NCBI GenBank assembly: GCA_002633005.1
Contig: NMRA01000273.1
Coordinates: forward strand, 253,555 to 317,554
Origin: Phoronis australis
Taxonomy: Eukaryota > Animalia > Phoronida
Length of the DNA stretch: 64,000 bases
Reading direction: 5' to 3'
How positions within the stretch are numbered: the first letter of the stretch is position 1; each line of letters begins with the position of its first letter. The translations under genes and the position numbers were made by a program. The notes under the pieces are model-generated. The model was not told where the DNA came from. It did not search any database and saw nothing but the letters and a program-made list of their open reading frames with translations. This document shows, in pieces, positions 38,801-52,619 of this stretch.

Positions 38801-41800
38801 TAAAGAATATTTAATAGTTGATGATGGTATTTGACATGGCTCAAAAACAATAAAGCCTCAGTAAACACTTACTGTTATTTTTGAAAAAATGTAAACGCAA
38901 AATCATCCGCAGTGTAATAGAGATCTCATTTTTATTCAGCAATATTCACAATATTGAAGCACTGTATGATTAATTTGCTTCTTTGATTGACATACAAAAC
39001 ACAAGTATTGATATTAAATGACAGCTTCTGTTTTATTTCTTGAATTCATTTCCATGTTCAGAGCATAAACATGACAACATCTTCTCCACTACATTCACCA
39101 TCAAACATCGATTCATTTGACAATTTACAAAATGAATCCAACAGCAAATCTGAACATTTTTCCCCGAAACGGTGAAAGACAGCCATGCCTACCCAGTCAA
39201 TAGCCTCAAACATCTTTACGTCCACAGGATAGCCAGATATCTTGCCATCAATGAGAGTCAGCGAGTGGCAAGTTGCCATGCAGTGCTTGAGAGGACCATC
39301 TGGGAGCTGCTTAGGATGGTTGTCCACATTGCAAAAACTGGAATGATGAATATGACAATTTAACAATTCACAATGAACACAACCAAAACCCAGAATGGTG
39401 AAAAGCAATTCAATAATCAGAACTTAAGGACAATGAATAAGCCAATCCAAAAACTTACAGATGACAACCAAAACCTGGAACGAAGAATAAAAAAAATTAT
39501 CAATTCACAGACCACACAGTCAAAGCCATTGTACCATGCAGTATTATGACTTTGGCCTTGATTTTTGCAAATATTTCAATCTGATCCAAAGATGTATTTT
39601 TTCTTTAATTTTGACATTTTGACCACGAAAACGGCATTTTATGGGTTGAAAGTAGGTAGCTACTTAACTACTTTGAAACAACAATATGTTAATTAGGAGT
39701 ACACCTAACCTTATTACAACAAATAATCTTAACAAAATAAACAAAAAAGTGTAGATGAAATAGATCTTTAGAAATGAACAGGTGTGTAATGAACAGAGCT
39801 GCTCATTAAACACAAGTCACACTCTCTTTTTGATGAACAGCACAGTTCACAAAATAATACATACGATTTTGTTCTGTCGTCTCTGGCTAGCATGCCCCAA
39901 AAGTCTAGACCATCATTGGTCAAAGTACCAGTCTGAAAAATGTTCATCAACATCTAGTAAAGTTTAAGTACCTGTGAATACTATGAAACGTGTTGATGAC
40001 ACATCACCATCTTATGTAACACCACTGCATATCGCATCAAAGAAAAAATATCTGGCAAAGGATTTACACAAGTCAAAACATGTAAAATCACCGTACCTCA
40101 AAACATCTACCCAAAATTGAGAAAACTGCCAAGCTATAGTTCAGCAAACTGTCAACCTTAGTGACAAAATAAATAATTTGATCACTAAAATTGTCAGCCA
40201 AATTATGAAATTTTTATTCTAATTATGAAAATAGTCAACCTTCGTGTGAAAGCACGGCTGTGAAGTTTCATACCAAAAATTGTCAATCTAGAGCTGTGAA
40301 AAACTGCCAACCATGTCGAGGCTTACTTTATCAAAACATATGACATTGAGTGTGCCACAAAGGTTGATGAACTTGGAGCTCAGACAATAAATCTTTTTCT
40401 TGAGCAGTCTCTGTTGAGCATATACGTTGCCAATGGTCATGGTAGCGGGTAAAGAGGGGGGGAACGTGTATGTTAGAACAGCCACCAGTCTGAGAATCAC
40501 GACGCTGGCCTCAACCTGTAACCAGTAAAAATTCAATGTTATGAGACTGGTGAGCCTTGTTAAAGAAACAGTGTTCCAGAAGTGGTAATAGACATAAAGA
40601 ACAGCATCAAAACTAAAATTGATAATGAGGTCAGTGTTTAGATTTTTAGATTGGCAGTGTGCACCATCTCTGCACTAAGGTCAACCGCTTTGTGTCCTCC
40701 GTGTATCCAGATCTGGTAAATATTAAATTTTGCAGAGGCAATGTAAATTAAAACAGTATGTGAACTTGTGTCTCACCAGCAACCATTGATGAAAACGTAA
40801 TTATTTAATCTAAGAACAGTAAATAAAAGTAACTCACGCCATGAATTGTGTAGAAGGTGCCAAGGTAGACCATTCCAAAAACACCCATGAAGAGAGCGAA
40901 GAGAAGAAAGTAAAAGGTGTCTCTGTAAAACCTCATGTCAAGTGGTTTGGGGTGCAGGATTGATCGCACCAGGTCTCCTTTGGCAGTCAGAAAGCCTAAC
41001 ACAATGAAAAGCTAATATTAATAGCCAAATTGGAAACTCGAATAGTTCACTAACCTTAAACTCTGTCACTATCTTCAAGGAAACCACCCAGCTTCAGCTG
41101 GTGTTACTGTTGTCTGGATATTAACTTGGGTAATCGGGCTCAAAATTGTCAATCATAAATATGGTTGTAAACACTGAACATGAAAATTAAACTTGGTTAC
41201 ACTACAAAATGTGGCTTTCAGAACCTAAAGCTAGGAAGTATTTCAAAGCCAGTGTTCTGCTTCATTAATTCTGCTGTACACGCAATAATGGGCCAATAAC
41301 CATGAGACATAAATCAGCAGCTGGAAATTGAGGAAAGAAATACTGATAATGATACTGACTCCAGAAACTGTTGGCCATTACAGACCTTAGTACAGGGAGC
41401 ATTAGAAAAATTGATTAGATCTACATCACGTACTTTTAAAAAACGGACTTACTATGGCCAAAACCGATTTAATCAGGCATTTTTGTTGGTTATTTTAAAT
41501 AGGGTGCAATGTAATAACAAATGACAAGAAACATAAAATATCCAAAAACGTATATCAGTTAAAACAGATTAATAATAATATGAATTATAGATCACAAGTG
41601 TTAATGATCAATAAATAAATTAATAAGTATCACATGACAAAAATACTTATGAACCATACAAAAGCCAAAACGTTCTAATTTTCAAAACAATGCCTCTGTA
41701 TTACTGCAACGAGAAACCTAGAACACTGTTAATGATTAATGAATTAGCTAATATGACATAACAAAACACCTGTGCGTACGACAACGGCCAGCACTCTCTC

Positions 41801-44800
41801 ATCTCCAAAACAACGCGTTTGTATCACAGTTGTTCCACAAAATATTGTGTGCCTTTTGTGCGTCTCGGGCGTGTAGAGTTCTGCTTTAGTGTTGGCCAAC
41901 GGAGTTTTGGTGACGGGTACACTTTCGCCTAATAACACACGAGAAAAGTAATTTGCACGACCAACATTATTCAGTCATGAGCCACATCACAAAACACATG
42001 CAAATTACATAATAAAGCATTCTGGTTGGCTAGTCTATATATAAACTTGTGAATAAGGCTTTTTGAATGGCTACTTTACATGCAAATAAGCCACACGAAT
42101 AAAGAAGACTCCAGAAAACTGGTCTCCTCTTGTTCCTTACTCAAATTAGAGGAAATTACTGAGACTGGAAAGAGATGACACTTCATTATCATGATTTGAG
42201 ATGAAGCTCAACAAGTTTGCTAATTATCACACTGGGTAATGTTCTGAGCATCTCGAGCTGGTACAACCTATAGTATTTTGCAAACCTAAAAAGAACTTTT
42301 CATCTGAGTTCAGACAAGTTTTACAACAGAAATTTGTCTAAATCAAAGCTTTTTTCCTTTACTGGAACACAAAATCATGGCAGTTTTAAAAACATTGTAA
42401 AAACAAGGCAACTTCTCACATAACTGTAAACTGGAAGCATATTCTTGGAATATATGACAAGTGGTTTGACATCTGCGAAAACCCTAAAAATATGTCCTTG
42501 GCTGACGGAACTAGTTCATTAAAAGTGAGAATACCATAAGCCTAAAGTTAGTAAATTAGACCTGGAATTTAGTCTTCTGAATAAAATTGTTTGAAAGATT
42601 CCTCTCCAAATAATTTCAGACAAGTCAAAAACTTTTGAATTATTTGTAATAATTCATAGAAAAATTTCTTTTTCTAAATAAATCCTACCTGTCAGCATGC
42701 TCTCATTAACAATACAGTTGCCGCTAAGTAGGACGACATCACAATGCATAGGACATCCTTTGGATGGGATAATGATCACATCACCGGGCACAAGGTCATC
42801 TGAAGATATGTTTAGAGTCTGACTGCCTCGCAGTACATTCACTGGATCAGCTTGCTGCATCGTTGAGCGCAGTTTGACTGCAGTCTGTCATAGAATGAAT
42901 GCGTTTGTTAAAGACCCAAAGAACCTACAAATAACTTCCATCTAGTGCTTGCAGCACATAACGTATCTATTTTCAGCCACATTGCTTCCAATACATGAAA
43001 TGATGAACCCGTCAACCCAACTTATTGAACCTAGTGCCATTTGGACTGAAATCCTGTGTAGAACACGTAGTCAGCGATTACTGTACAATATATCTAACAC
43101 CTTAATAATTACATAAAAAACAAACAACGCAAACAAAATGACTTCCAATATCAACAACTGTTTGATCTTTGACATTCATTCTAGTGTCTATAGTCAGAAA
43201 CTGAAGATTGTCATTCCTACAAATCGCATCAAACCATCCCATAATAGGCACGGTGCTTCACTAAGCTGCGGTTTCTATTAGCCATTCCTTATTTGATAAT
43301 GTCTCCATGTTGTACCCCACCACATTGTGTAATACGCTCAGCCCAAAGGATTACCGTTCTTGTATTGATCTTGAAAATGGTGGACATTTCCACTGAAATA
43401 TGTTGCGATTAAAATATATTAATATAGGGGGCCTCGCTTTTGAGGCCAGAAATTCAATTTTTTGCCTATGTCATTTTAATAAGAATACGTCATTTTAAAT
43501 AATAAGCTGTTATTTGTTTTTTGTGACAAATAAACTTGATGCAACGCAGTGCTTACCTTGCGGGCTTCGTAAGTAGCTACTAGAATGGAGACTACAGCCA
43601 TGAGTATTATACAGCCAGCGTAGAGCCAGTAGTCAATGAGGAACCAGATGATTGAACTGAATAGTAGGAACACATAAAAAGGGTTCAAGGCCTACAACAA
43701 ATGCAGGAAATTTTAAAAAAATACACACTAAAACACACAAAGAACAAGGCAACATATATCATGCCTACTAGTACTGGTTAAATAAGAAAGTTATTAGATG
43801 ACACAAAAAATTTACTTGCTGCAGTATTTTGAACTCTTTCTGTGATGTCACCACCTCTTGACATTTCTGGAAGTCATTCATCTTTAATAATATAATCAAG
43901 TAAATTATTTTTCAAAATTGCCTTAAACTTGCTCCAAACCCACCTTCTTTCAAACAACTATTGATTTTGACTACATACAGAAACAAAAATGGTCTTAACA
44001 TATTTCATCACCAATATTAGTGGTGGTTTCTAGACTTGAAAAGAACCCAACAAGTTTGCTTGTCGTGACTGGGTATATTATGTGCCAGGCAATAGCAATC
44101 TGTCAGTTCTTTCTGCGCCCAAAAACTTTTTCTAATTCAGATTACAAACAAGCTGAGACCAGTTTCGTAGCAATGGCTGGTCAGACCAAATCCAAAGTTA
44201 ATTTCTATGAAAGAACTTGTGTTTTCAAGAATTAGTTTCAAGCAAAGATATATTACAGATTCCCACTGATGCTGAGTACTCAGGTAGATCAAGACAAATC
44301 AGAAAATTAACACCAGAGCAACCAACCTCCTCCACAAGCAGACGTATAACTGGTTTGACACGGATTTCAATCAAGTTGTGTCCGTACTCCAATTTGCCAA
44401 GTTCATGGTCTTCAAGACTTAGGCCTTCATTGTTGTCATGGAAATAGGAACAAACATGGCCAGTTTCTAACCCTCTGGAAAAAATAGGTAAGATAGAATT
44501 ACAATTATAATACATCACTTTAAAGGGCTGTCATCAAATTAATAATCTTGTTTTGTTTTCAGTAAATTGGTATATAGTACGATAAAAAGATCACCAGGCA
44601 TGAATAATATTTTAGGCTATGTAGAATGTAAATTAATCTCAAGCTGCAATAAAAATAATGTGGATAAAGAACTGTTTGAATGTAAAACAACACAAAGCAG
44701 GACTGAGTGAATAATGCAAACAAAAGCAACAATTCTATTGATTTGAAAGCGCAGAAGTACTCACTTCAGTAATTTAAACTGGCATGTTTCAAAATTCCAG

Positions 44801-47800
44801 ACATATTTCAACTTTCTGTTTTCAAAATATCTGAATACGATTGCTTTTTCGTGACGTCTGTTCACGGTAGCCTTCTTTACAATCTCCACATAATACCTAT
44901 CATAGACGTCCTAAAACAACAACAATACTATATAATACAGGACACAAGTAATCAGACAAAATACCATTTCCCTGTCAAGATGGATAATTCCATCAACAGC
45001 AAAAATGACTGGTAATAGCTATCACGGGAGCAAAATTCTTATTACAGTATGACTTCGCCACCTTACTAAATTTCCTGTTGGTTCTCCTTCATTCTCAGTC
45101 ATGACAGAAGCCTACTGTGATGATGTATTCAGCTTCCACTCAGCTGCCATGACGAGAATTGCAGGTCAGTTTGACTGAAAACTTCTGGCGTGTACACAAG
45201 TGTGAATAGGCGACCAAATAATGTTTAAGAGTATTCCATAAATCAGATTTCAAAAGTACGCAAACAGTAAAACATCACCACAAAAATCAGAGTAGAGGGT
45301 AATACTCTCTCGTACAGACCTTGCGTTCATATGAATAAATATGATTCTAAGTAATATTGAATAAAATTATTTCGGCGTAGATGCAATACCACTTTCAGAA
45401 CAACAAATGCCGGAAAAATTATACCCTGACAATCTCACAGTGCTCACTGCTGGATCTAGGGTGCCCCAACCAAAATGTATGAAGGACAAATACTCGTGAT
45501 AGCTCTAAAAATGGTAATCTGTCACTTTTTTGTTTTTCCTTGGGCATGGCCAGAGAATGAGGACTGGCCTGGTCCCCTAGATTCTCCTAAATCTGCCCTA
45601 TAACTGAATGCCAGAACAAAACAGCTACATAGTGCTTCTCAAGTTCCAGAACAAGAACACTGCAAACGTGGGATAGGTTTTGTTAAATCTGCATCTTGGA
45701 ACATATGCACTTTGATTTTATGAGTGTTGTATGTAAAAGGGTGTACAAGTGAACAAACGCATGCTTGAAAATCCAGTGCTGAAATAAATGACATCATTCT
45801 TTAAAAGACTCGGTCTTTTATACTGTTCCAGGTGGAAACAGACGCACAATTGTAAAACCCAGTCATATCCATGTCTCTAGCAATTATAAGAAACAGACGC
45901 AATTTTAAAATTTATTGAGTTACATCTTCAACAAAATCAACCAAAGTCAGTCTAGTGTTTTTACGAAGCAAATAAACATAAGGGTAAAATTACCAGACCC
46001 CTGGTTACCTTGGAGAGACATTTTCCCACATCAATTTTTGTTCCCCTGGCTTGTAACAGGAAGTGATGTAAACGGCCCAGCATCTTCGTTCTGCATGCAC
46101 TTCCACTCAACAAACACAATGTCAGATTTGCTTTTGAACACAGTCTGTGACAGTTTGCTCAGTGTAAGTGAATGATAAACCAAAACGTGGACTTTTCATG
46201 GGAACTGTACATTTAGTTTTTATTATTGTGTGGAATGTAAAAATACGTCAGGGGAACAGTAATTTACCGGTATATGAAAAAAATGCCTCCACAAGATAAC
46301 CAGGGACTTGTAAAGAAACATCAAAAACGGATGCTTTTAACTACTCCCTCAAATAAATTGTGTGACAGATTTCAATGAGCAAGTCATTAGTTCAATGCCC
46401 AGTGAGAGTGGCAACAATAAGTCAGTGATTTTATAGTTCTTGTAGTTCTTGTCATGTTAGCTGGAGCCATAATCCAAAACTTATGTACATACCGTAATCA
46501 CAATTTAGGAAAGTGCCTACAGAGAGCACATTTGACAAACAGGAAATTAGACCAAGACAGCAATTTCAATCAATTCAAAATCAACATAAGAAACAAAAAA
46601 ACATGGTTACACACACTGAAGGGAATTTTAAAGATGAACATTTTTATTTCAATAATATTCATCAATATCATTACATCCTCACCAATGAAAACACAACATT
46701 GATAAACATAAAAGGCCCTAGATGTCACATTGGCTTATCAGTAAAAAATACGCATCACTAACTCACAATAGAAGCTGGGCCTGAAAGAATCTGGATAAAC
46801 CCCTGGTTGTGATGAAAGAACCTGGTTTAAAGGGGATCTTCACTATATGCAAATGAGCCGCGAAACATTACAAACCATGCTAATAACTGGCAAAATTTCA
46901 ATAACGTTTGTTTTTGCCGAGAAATTTCACAAAATGAAATTCCAGGGTATGGGCTAAATAGGAGAATAGCCACTTCCCAGAACACCACACCGTGGTGAAC
47001 ATCTTGATAAATTGTTCGATTTAAACAATGTCCTTTTGTGAAAACTTTATCTAATAGATAACGCGCAGCACACAGCACAACATTACTGACCTTCAGCAAC
47101 ACCTTCTCAGCTTGCTCCAGTGCACAAACTTCATGGGTGGCCCACAACCTCCAATGTTTCAGCCAATAGAAGACCAGATAAAGCAGACCTGCTGTGCACA
47201 CGCAAAGAACTAGCATTACCGCTGATTTTACCTTGGACTTTCTATATCCATTCAAAAGAACCTGTAAATAACCACAAGAAAGATATAATAACAACATCAA
47301 TGGGAATAGCACAGTTCTTGGGATGATCAATGATAATAAGAGGAAAAATTTCCCGGTGTATTGTTCGACAAATAGACGTCTGTGACAGAAATATTTTTGT
47401 GTTATAAAATTCAACTGGAAAAAACGAAATAATAACAAAAAAGAGACTAACACAGAGGAAATTGGAAATCAAACAAGAGGAGATTGAAACCAGAAAAGAG
47501 GACATCCTCTTAAAAGAGGAAAATTCCTACCCCTCATAACAGTGATGATAATCGTACAAAATTTTCACATTCTAAAAATGTGCAAGATCTTATGTCCAGC
47601 GTTTACCCTCAGATAAAAAAGTTTTACATACAACAAACTATGATAAAGTATCACCAATGAAGGGCACAATATGGCCGACATGGGAATCTTTTCTTATTTT
47701 TCTATGAAAGAAGTGTAGCACCAAATTAAAAATATCTCCCCATGTTCAGGCTATACTGTAGCTACCAACAGACTATGTTTTAAAAAATTATGGGCATTCG

Positions 47801-48120
47801 CAGCAATGTTAGGAGACCTTGAAAAGGACAATTTTAGTAATCATCTTTACCCAAAATTGGTGAGATTTACAAGACTTCCTTTTTTCACAAACTTCTAAAT
47901 GTCAAATATACACTTTTGCTTAGTTAGTTATGGGTAATCGGACCGTCAAGATACTTTTAAATGCAACAGAACAGTTCTTAGTAATAGAAATTCACATACT
48001 TTGATTCAAACCCAATGTTTGTCCTACCATTTCATCCTCTGTTCCCACATTAAGTTGAACATTAGATTCAAACTTCTGTTGGTAATCTGCCAGCGGTGCT
48101 TTCTCTCTTGCAGTAGCCAT
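20861..48120 (-). CDS. ATP13A3: P5B-type cation/polyamine-transporting ATPase (ATP13A3-like), 27 coding exons, about 1247 aa
   Basis: Motifs [132 protein letters not shown]. Exons: 48120-48028, 47261-47091, 44910-44765, 44474-44327, 43691-43557, 42884-42689, 41928-41770, 40995-40838, 40515-40327, 39932-39865, 39337-39193, 38777-38691, 38361-38208, 37193-37073, 34981-34857 (second copy 32874-32750), 31913-31729, 30999-30901, 29881-29783, 29558-29479, 29080-28928, 27789-27693, 27102-27030, 26485-26335, 24928-24774, 23656-23568, 22657-22577, 21247-20861. Phases are compatible and sum to 3744 nt. The symbol is family-level; orthology within ATP13A2-5 is not established. Confidence 0.9.
21535..21685. 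mobile_element. Small MITE-like inverted repeat in the last ATPase intron
   Basis: ccattttaaaaagggcctctttttaggttt pairs with gaaccctaaaaggaggctctttgcaatatgg. Confidence 0.5.
28176..28948. repeat. 387-bp-offset gap-flanking duplication (probable assembly overlap)
   Basis: 28176-28561 and 28563-28948 are near-identical on either side of the N at 28562. Confidence 0.85.
28838..28948 (-). repeat. 3 x 37-bp perfect tandem repeat spanning an ATPase exon/intron boundary
   Basis: Minus-strand unit ctgtatgccaacagtcatgag|gtaggtatggttatct at 28838, 28875 and 28912. The same array is at 28451-28561 in the duplicated block. Confidence 0.9.
32669..36886. repeat. ~2.1-kb gap-flanking duplication containing ATPase exon 15 (probable uncollapsed haplotypes)
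   Basis: 32669-34770 versus 34772-36886 around the N at 34771. Scattered SNPs and small indels; exon copies read SLKVET versus SLKIET. Confidence 0.88.
35373..36996 (+). mobile_element. Long Helentron/HINE-like repeat with internal degenerate subrepeats (partial second copy 33259-34770)
   Basis: Starts aacaagagcaatgcagagagttgaaatgcacccac. Repeated blocks aaattgccactagggg, ggaacacatctgccaaat, catgaaaatccatc, gagatacagcc. Terminal hairpin atgcacccacatataaatatgtgggcacataa shares atgcacccac with the 5' end. Confidence 0.65.
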
Positions 48121-51100
48121 TTCATTTGCTTGGCCCGGGACACTAAAAATCATAAGATCACTCTCAGCTAAACCCAAAAACTTTCAAATCCTAGTCTTAC
48201 ATGAACTTGCGTGACAGTAACCCTGATGAAGATCAGAAACCTATTTCGTACTCATATATGCACGTAAATTCACAATGGATATAAAGACAAAATGTGAGAA
48301 ATTCACATTCGAATTCTTTATGCATGTTATTCTAAGAAAGCTTTGCATACTCCACTGGCATCAACAATAATGTGCCATCAAGAATTCCACTTCACCCACA
48401 GTGGGCTAAAATGTCAGTCTTCATAATTCACTGCATCAACACCATAGCAGAAATGTCTAAAAGTAGCAAATCACAAATGTGACCCATCACTCAAACAGAA
48501 GAATCCTCTCACAAAGACGATCCAAACAGAATAAATCCTCGATTTCTATAGTGCACCACCCAAAGTACCATAACTCACCCTAAACAAAGGCGCACTGTAT
48601 GTCAATTTTCCGACATTTTCACCAGACAGGTGAAAGGTAAAGATAAACAATGGACCTTGGTCTGCCCCTCTCGATATGCATGCCTCCAAAATATTAGGTC
48701 AGTGTATAACTTAAATGAAATGACAAGTGCAAACTAAGAAACCATACATTAGCTCTAAGGAAACGTAAACACAATGTGCTTGAAGAAGTCTGCAAAACTT
48801 TTTGAACTAATAGCCAGGTGAAACACCGTGCATTAGAAGAACACGATTTGTGTAAAGATAAGACCCAGCGCAGATCTAAGTCATCAAATCTACAGTATAA
48901 ATCTCAGTACACATGCAGTGGTAAAAGAAACAAAATAAAAACAAAAACATTTGATATGTTTGAAATAGGCACATGAAGTCATTGACCTGTTTACATAATG
49001 CTGTGCCTGGTTGAATCACAAGACCAAGATAATTCAGTCCCATGATTATGTACTACGATAATAGATCAAAGGAGTCTACAAAATGAACTTAGGAGGGGGG
49101 GTACTGAAAGGTCGAGAACTCAAGGGGTACTCCAAGGTGAGGGACTCCCATTCGCTGGAAGAAAACTTGGTGCCAAGTTAGAAATATATTGTTTGTCTAA
49201 GCAGGTCTTAGGTAGAAATGTTCCAACAGAATAAAATACACTGGGATACAACTTCCAATATAATTCTATAAATTGATAACATATTTTTAATCGGCAATAC
49301 ACCCCTGTTCTGGTGATATGCCTCAGCTTGGACCAAGGAACACCCCCATTAGGTAACACCCCCATTAGGTAGATGAACAATGTGTGATAAGATAACATTC
49401 TTTATGTCAGGTGCGCTCAAAGTGATTTACAAAGTGATCAAATGACTTCTTCATCAAACAAAGCAGATATCACGGTTATAAGCAATAACTTCAGTAATAT
49501 CACAGTAATTTCTTTGCTAATATAATGCAAAATATGCACGGTACTACTTAAACAAATATTCATGCCTGTCTCACCCACATTTTAAGACAGGCATGGTTAA
49601 CTCCCAGGTGGTTCAATTCGGAACAAATCTCAACACTTTTGCAGGCATCTGAAAACAAGCTTTGCGGAGAGTCCTGAGAAAAACAGCTCATTAGAACAGG
49701 AAATTGAACTCAATTTTCTTAGCTATTAGGCCAATGAAAACTCAGCCCACTTTCATGCGATACAGGAGAATCTGCTGTCTCAAAATTACCACAACCGGAG
49801 ACGATATAGTCCACAAATATTTTCAGGTGTAATGCACCAAGTTTTTACCCTCTGCTTTTGCAACTCTTAAGGTGTAGAGAGAACGCAGTATATGCCAAAA
49901 GTATTTCAACGAAAACAGACAATTTAATGCAAGGGAAAGTAATGTTCACAATGGCCATCCATACATTGGGTATTACGCCAAAATGTTTAAGAATATCCAA
50001 AAGCCAACTAAGGATTTCATCAAATTGATGTCACAGCCCAACAGTTTTACTGACTAAAACGGAATTAGACATCATGACATAATTTTATCTATTCACAACC
50101 ACCTCTCGAGTTTACCATAGATAGACAGAGAAGTACAATTGCGTAACGCAAATCCACTGTAAGCGGTCACGGTCACGGCTTTACAACAGTGTATCCGCCC
50201 CCATAGTTGTCTGATGCAATGAAATTTTGGCATCCTACCTTCCATCACCATCGCAAGTTGCCACATCTTCAGCCATTTTTCACCAAGCATCAGTTGTTAC
50301 CACAGTAGTCATTTGTCAACATCCACTGGCGAAGGTGGGCCAGCATTCAACTGATGATAGTACCAATAAGAGCAATTCAGTCTGGCTAGGTCGAAGGTTG
50401 TTTCCTTTGCACAATTGCCAAGGGTCAAGTGAAGTCAATAAACAATTAAAGTGAGACATGTTAATGTTGTATAACCATCCTTATCACATTTTACCAGACT
50501 TCAGGAAACCTTCAAAAGGAAAATGGGTGGAAGCAGTATGCTTTAATTTTATAAGAAAATTTGACTTTTATGAAAACCAAATGCACAGTGAAGTTTCCTC
50601 AATTTGAACAAAAAATGACGATAAAAATAATCTTTCATTCTCCGCCAAGACGTGTTCTAAATCGTTGAAACAACTTTACCGAAACGCTCTTAATTTTTAA
50701 CATAACATTTAGAGTATATTAATGACAAGAGTTAACAGTATAGAAATATGCACCTATCCCCAGGGTGATGCTGGGACAGCGGCAAATATTGTCAGAGACC
50801 ATGAAGGCCAAGAGCAATTAAAACCCCATACATTTGAGGATCACTCTACAATTGTTCATTACACAACCAATTATGCTTCTTTCCTGATATTTTCGTCTCA
50901 TATGAGGTTAGTGTGTTCTTATCTGCTTTAATGCACTGACGTCACCTGCTTACTTGGCAGTCATGGTTTAGTTTCTTCAGGTAGCCAATTGTGAGGCATC
51001 GGAAAAGTGGCATTCTACAAACAAATTGGAAGTTGTCCTACTGCACTTTAACCAATGAAAAGACAGAATTATCAGTTGTCCATTAATAGTTACAAAATCC

Positions 51101-52619
51101 ATGTTCCCTTAAATGGCTTAAACCTATTATAAATGTGTATTCTGAAGAACATAACTAATTTTACCAATTTTCCAGCATAAAACTGGTCTTTAATAGCACC
51201 AAATTCAAGTGAGAAGAGGTTTCTGGGTTCAGAAAGAACAGATTGTCAAGTGCTAGACTGTGTTTGATCCATAAGCTGACTTTCTGTGACGAGTCCACAT
51301 GTTGAGTCTGATCTTTACAAGCTTAGAGACCATCTCTAGTTTTGTGAAAGCAAAAAATCAAGACTAATTTCATGGCACCAAATGGTCTAAATCAAAACTG
51401 TTACAGAAAGGCAGTTTATAAGAGTTTTACATACACACTGATCAGAAATTGTCCAAAAGTTTATTGCATAGTTGGTTTGTCTTGGTCTCTTTACACCTTT
51501 CCCATCTTTGTAAACCCAAATTGCATCATCGGTTATAAGCAGAACCTAATAAAACATTTCTTTTTTACCTTTTACTTGAATGGCATAGTACAAATCACAT
51601 TCACAGATCTTCACGTGATTCAAGGATGGAAAAATGAATTTTAACACTAATGTACAGTTATTATTCTTTTCATAATTTTTTTCCATAGCTTAGGTCACAG
51701 AGTATCAAAAAAGATGAAAAATCGTAAAATTTCCCCAATTTCATTCAAAAATAATTGCCGAAGTTGATAGTTTTTCGTTTTTCAAAATGGTTCTAACATG
51801 GTGGTGAATGACCACAAACTCCCAGAACAGTGTCTGGAGGTAGATATGGTAGAGACCTTGTGCTACTTGTTATTCATGAAAAAAAGTAATTTCACATAAC
51901 TGCCGCAGTAAGTTTGCAGTAACAAAAGGTTGAACATTCACTAAAGAATGTAAGGAACCAGAACGATACTGTCACCCGTTTTAACAAAGATATTAATGTC
52001 AGAACATAAAGCCATTTTGTTTCTAACAATGTTGTGAAAAATAACAACGTAATGAGCAGCGATTCAACTGTTTGCAAGAGTAGCAGGGGTGCCATGAATA
52101 TGAATTAAGTTTTATGCACCCTCTAATGGGCAAGTTGTTAATTATGAGTGGAACTTTCCTATATTTCGGGTCTCCTGGACATGGTCATATTTGGCCATGT
52201 TTGGTTTCAGATTCTAGGAACTTGGGCCTTGACCCTTCGGATCCTGTATCATTGGTTGAAACTGTGTACTAAGCTTTGTCTCTGTCTCACACAAAGAGTC
52301 CAGTCGCAGAGCTCAAGAACTTAACGTAACATCCACACTTTCAATCACACCAAACTGCCCACTATTCGCGCTTGGTTGCCAATAGTTTAGTCCCCAGCAA
52401 TTCTCGAGCTCCTCTCGAGTTTGATTGCAGTTCACTTTTCCTAACAATAACAATAACAATATACCCACAAACTGGATCATGGATCAATTGGATTGCTAAT
52501 AAGTGTGACATATACATGTTCTTGTAATAAACACATGCATTACACACCACTGCCTAGTAGCTTTTAATACCACCCTCTGTCCGTACCAGGCTCATTAAAT
52601 AGGGGCGCCTTAGTCATAG

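Noticed and set aside
49561-49594. 11-bp perfect stem catgcctgtct...agacaggcatg
   Set aside because: Too short and isolated to call an ncRNA or an element end.
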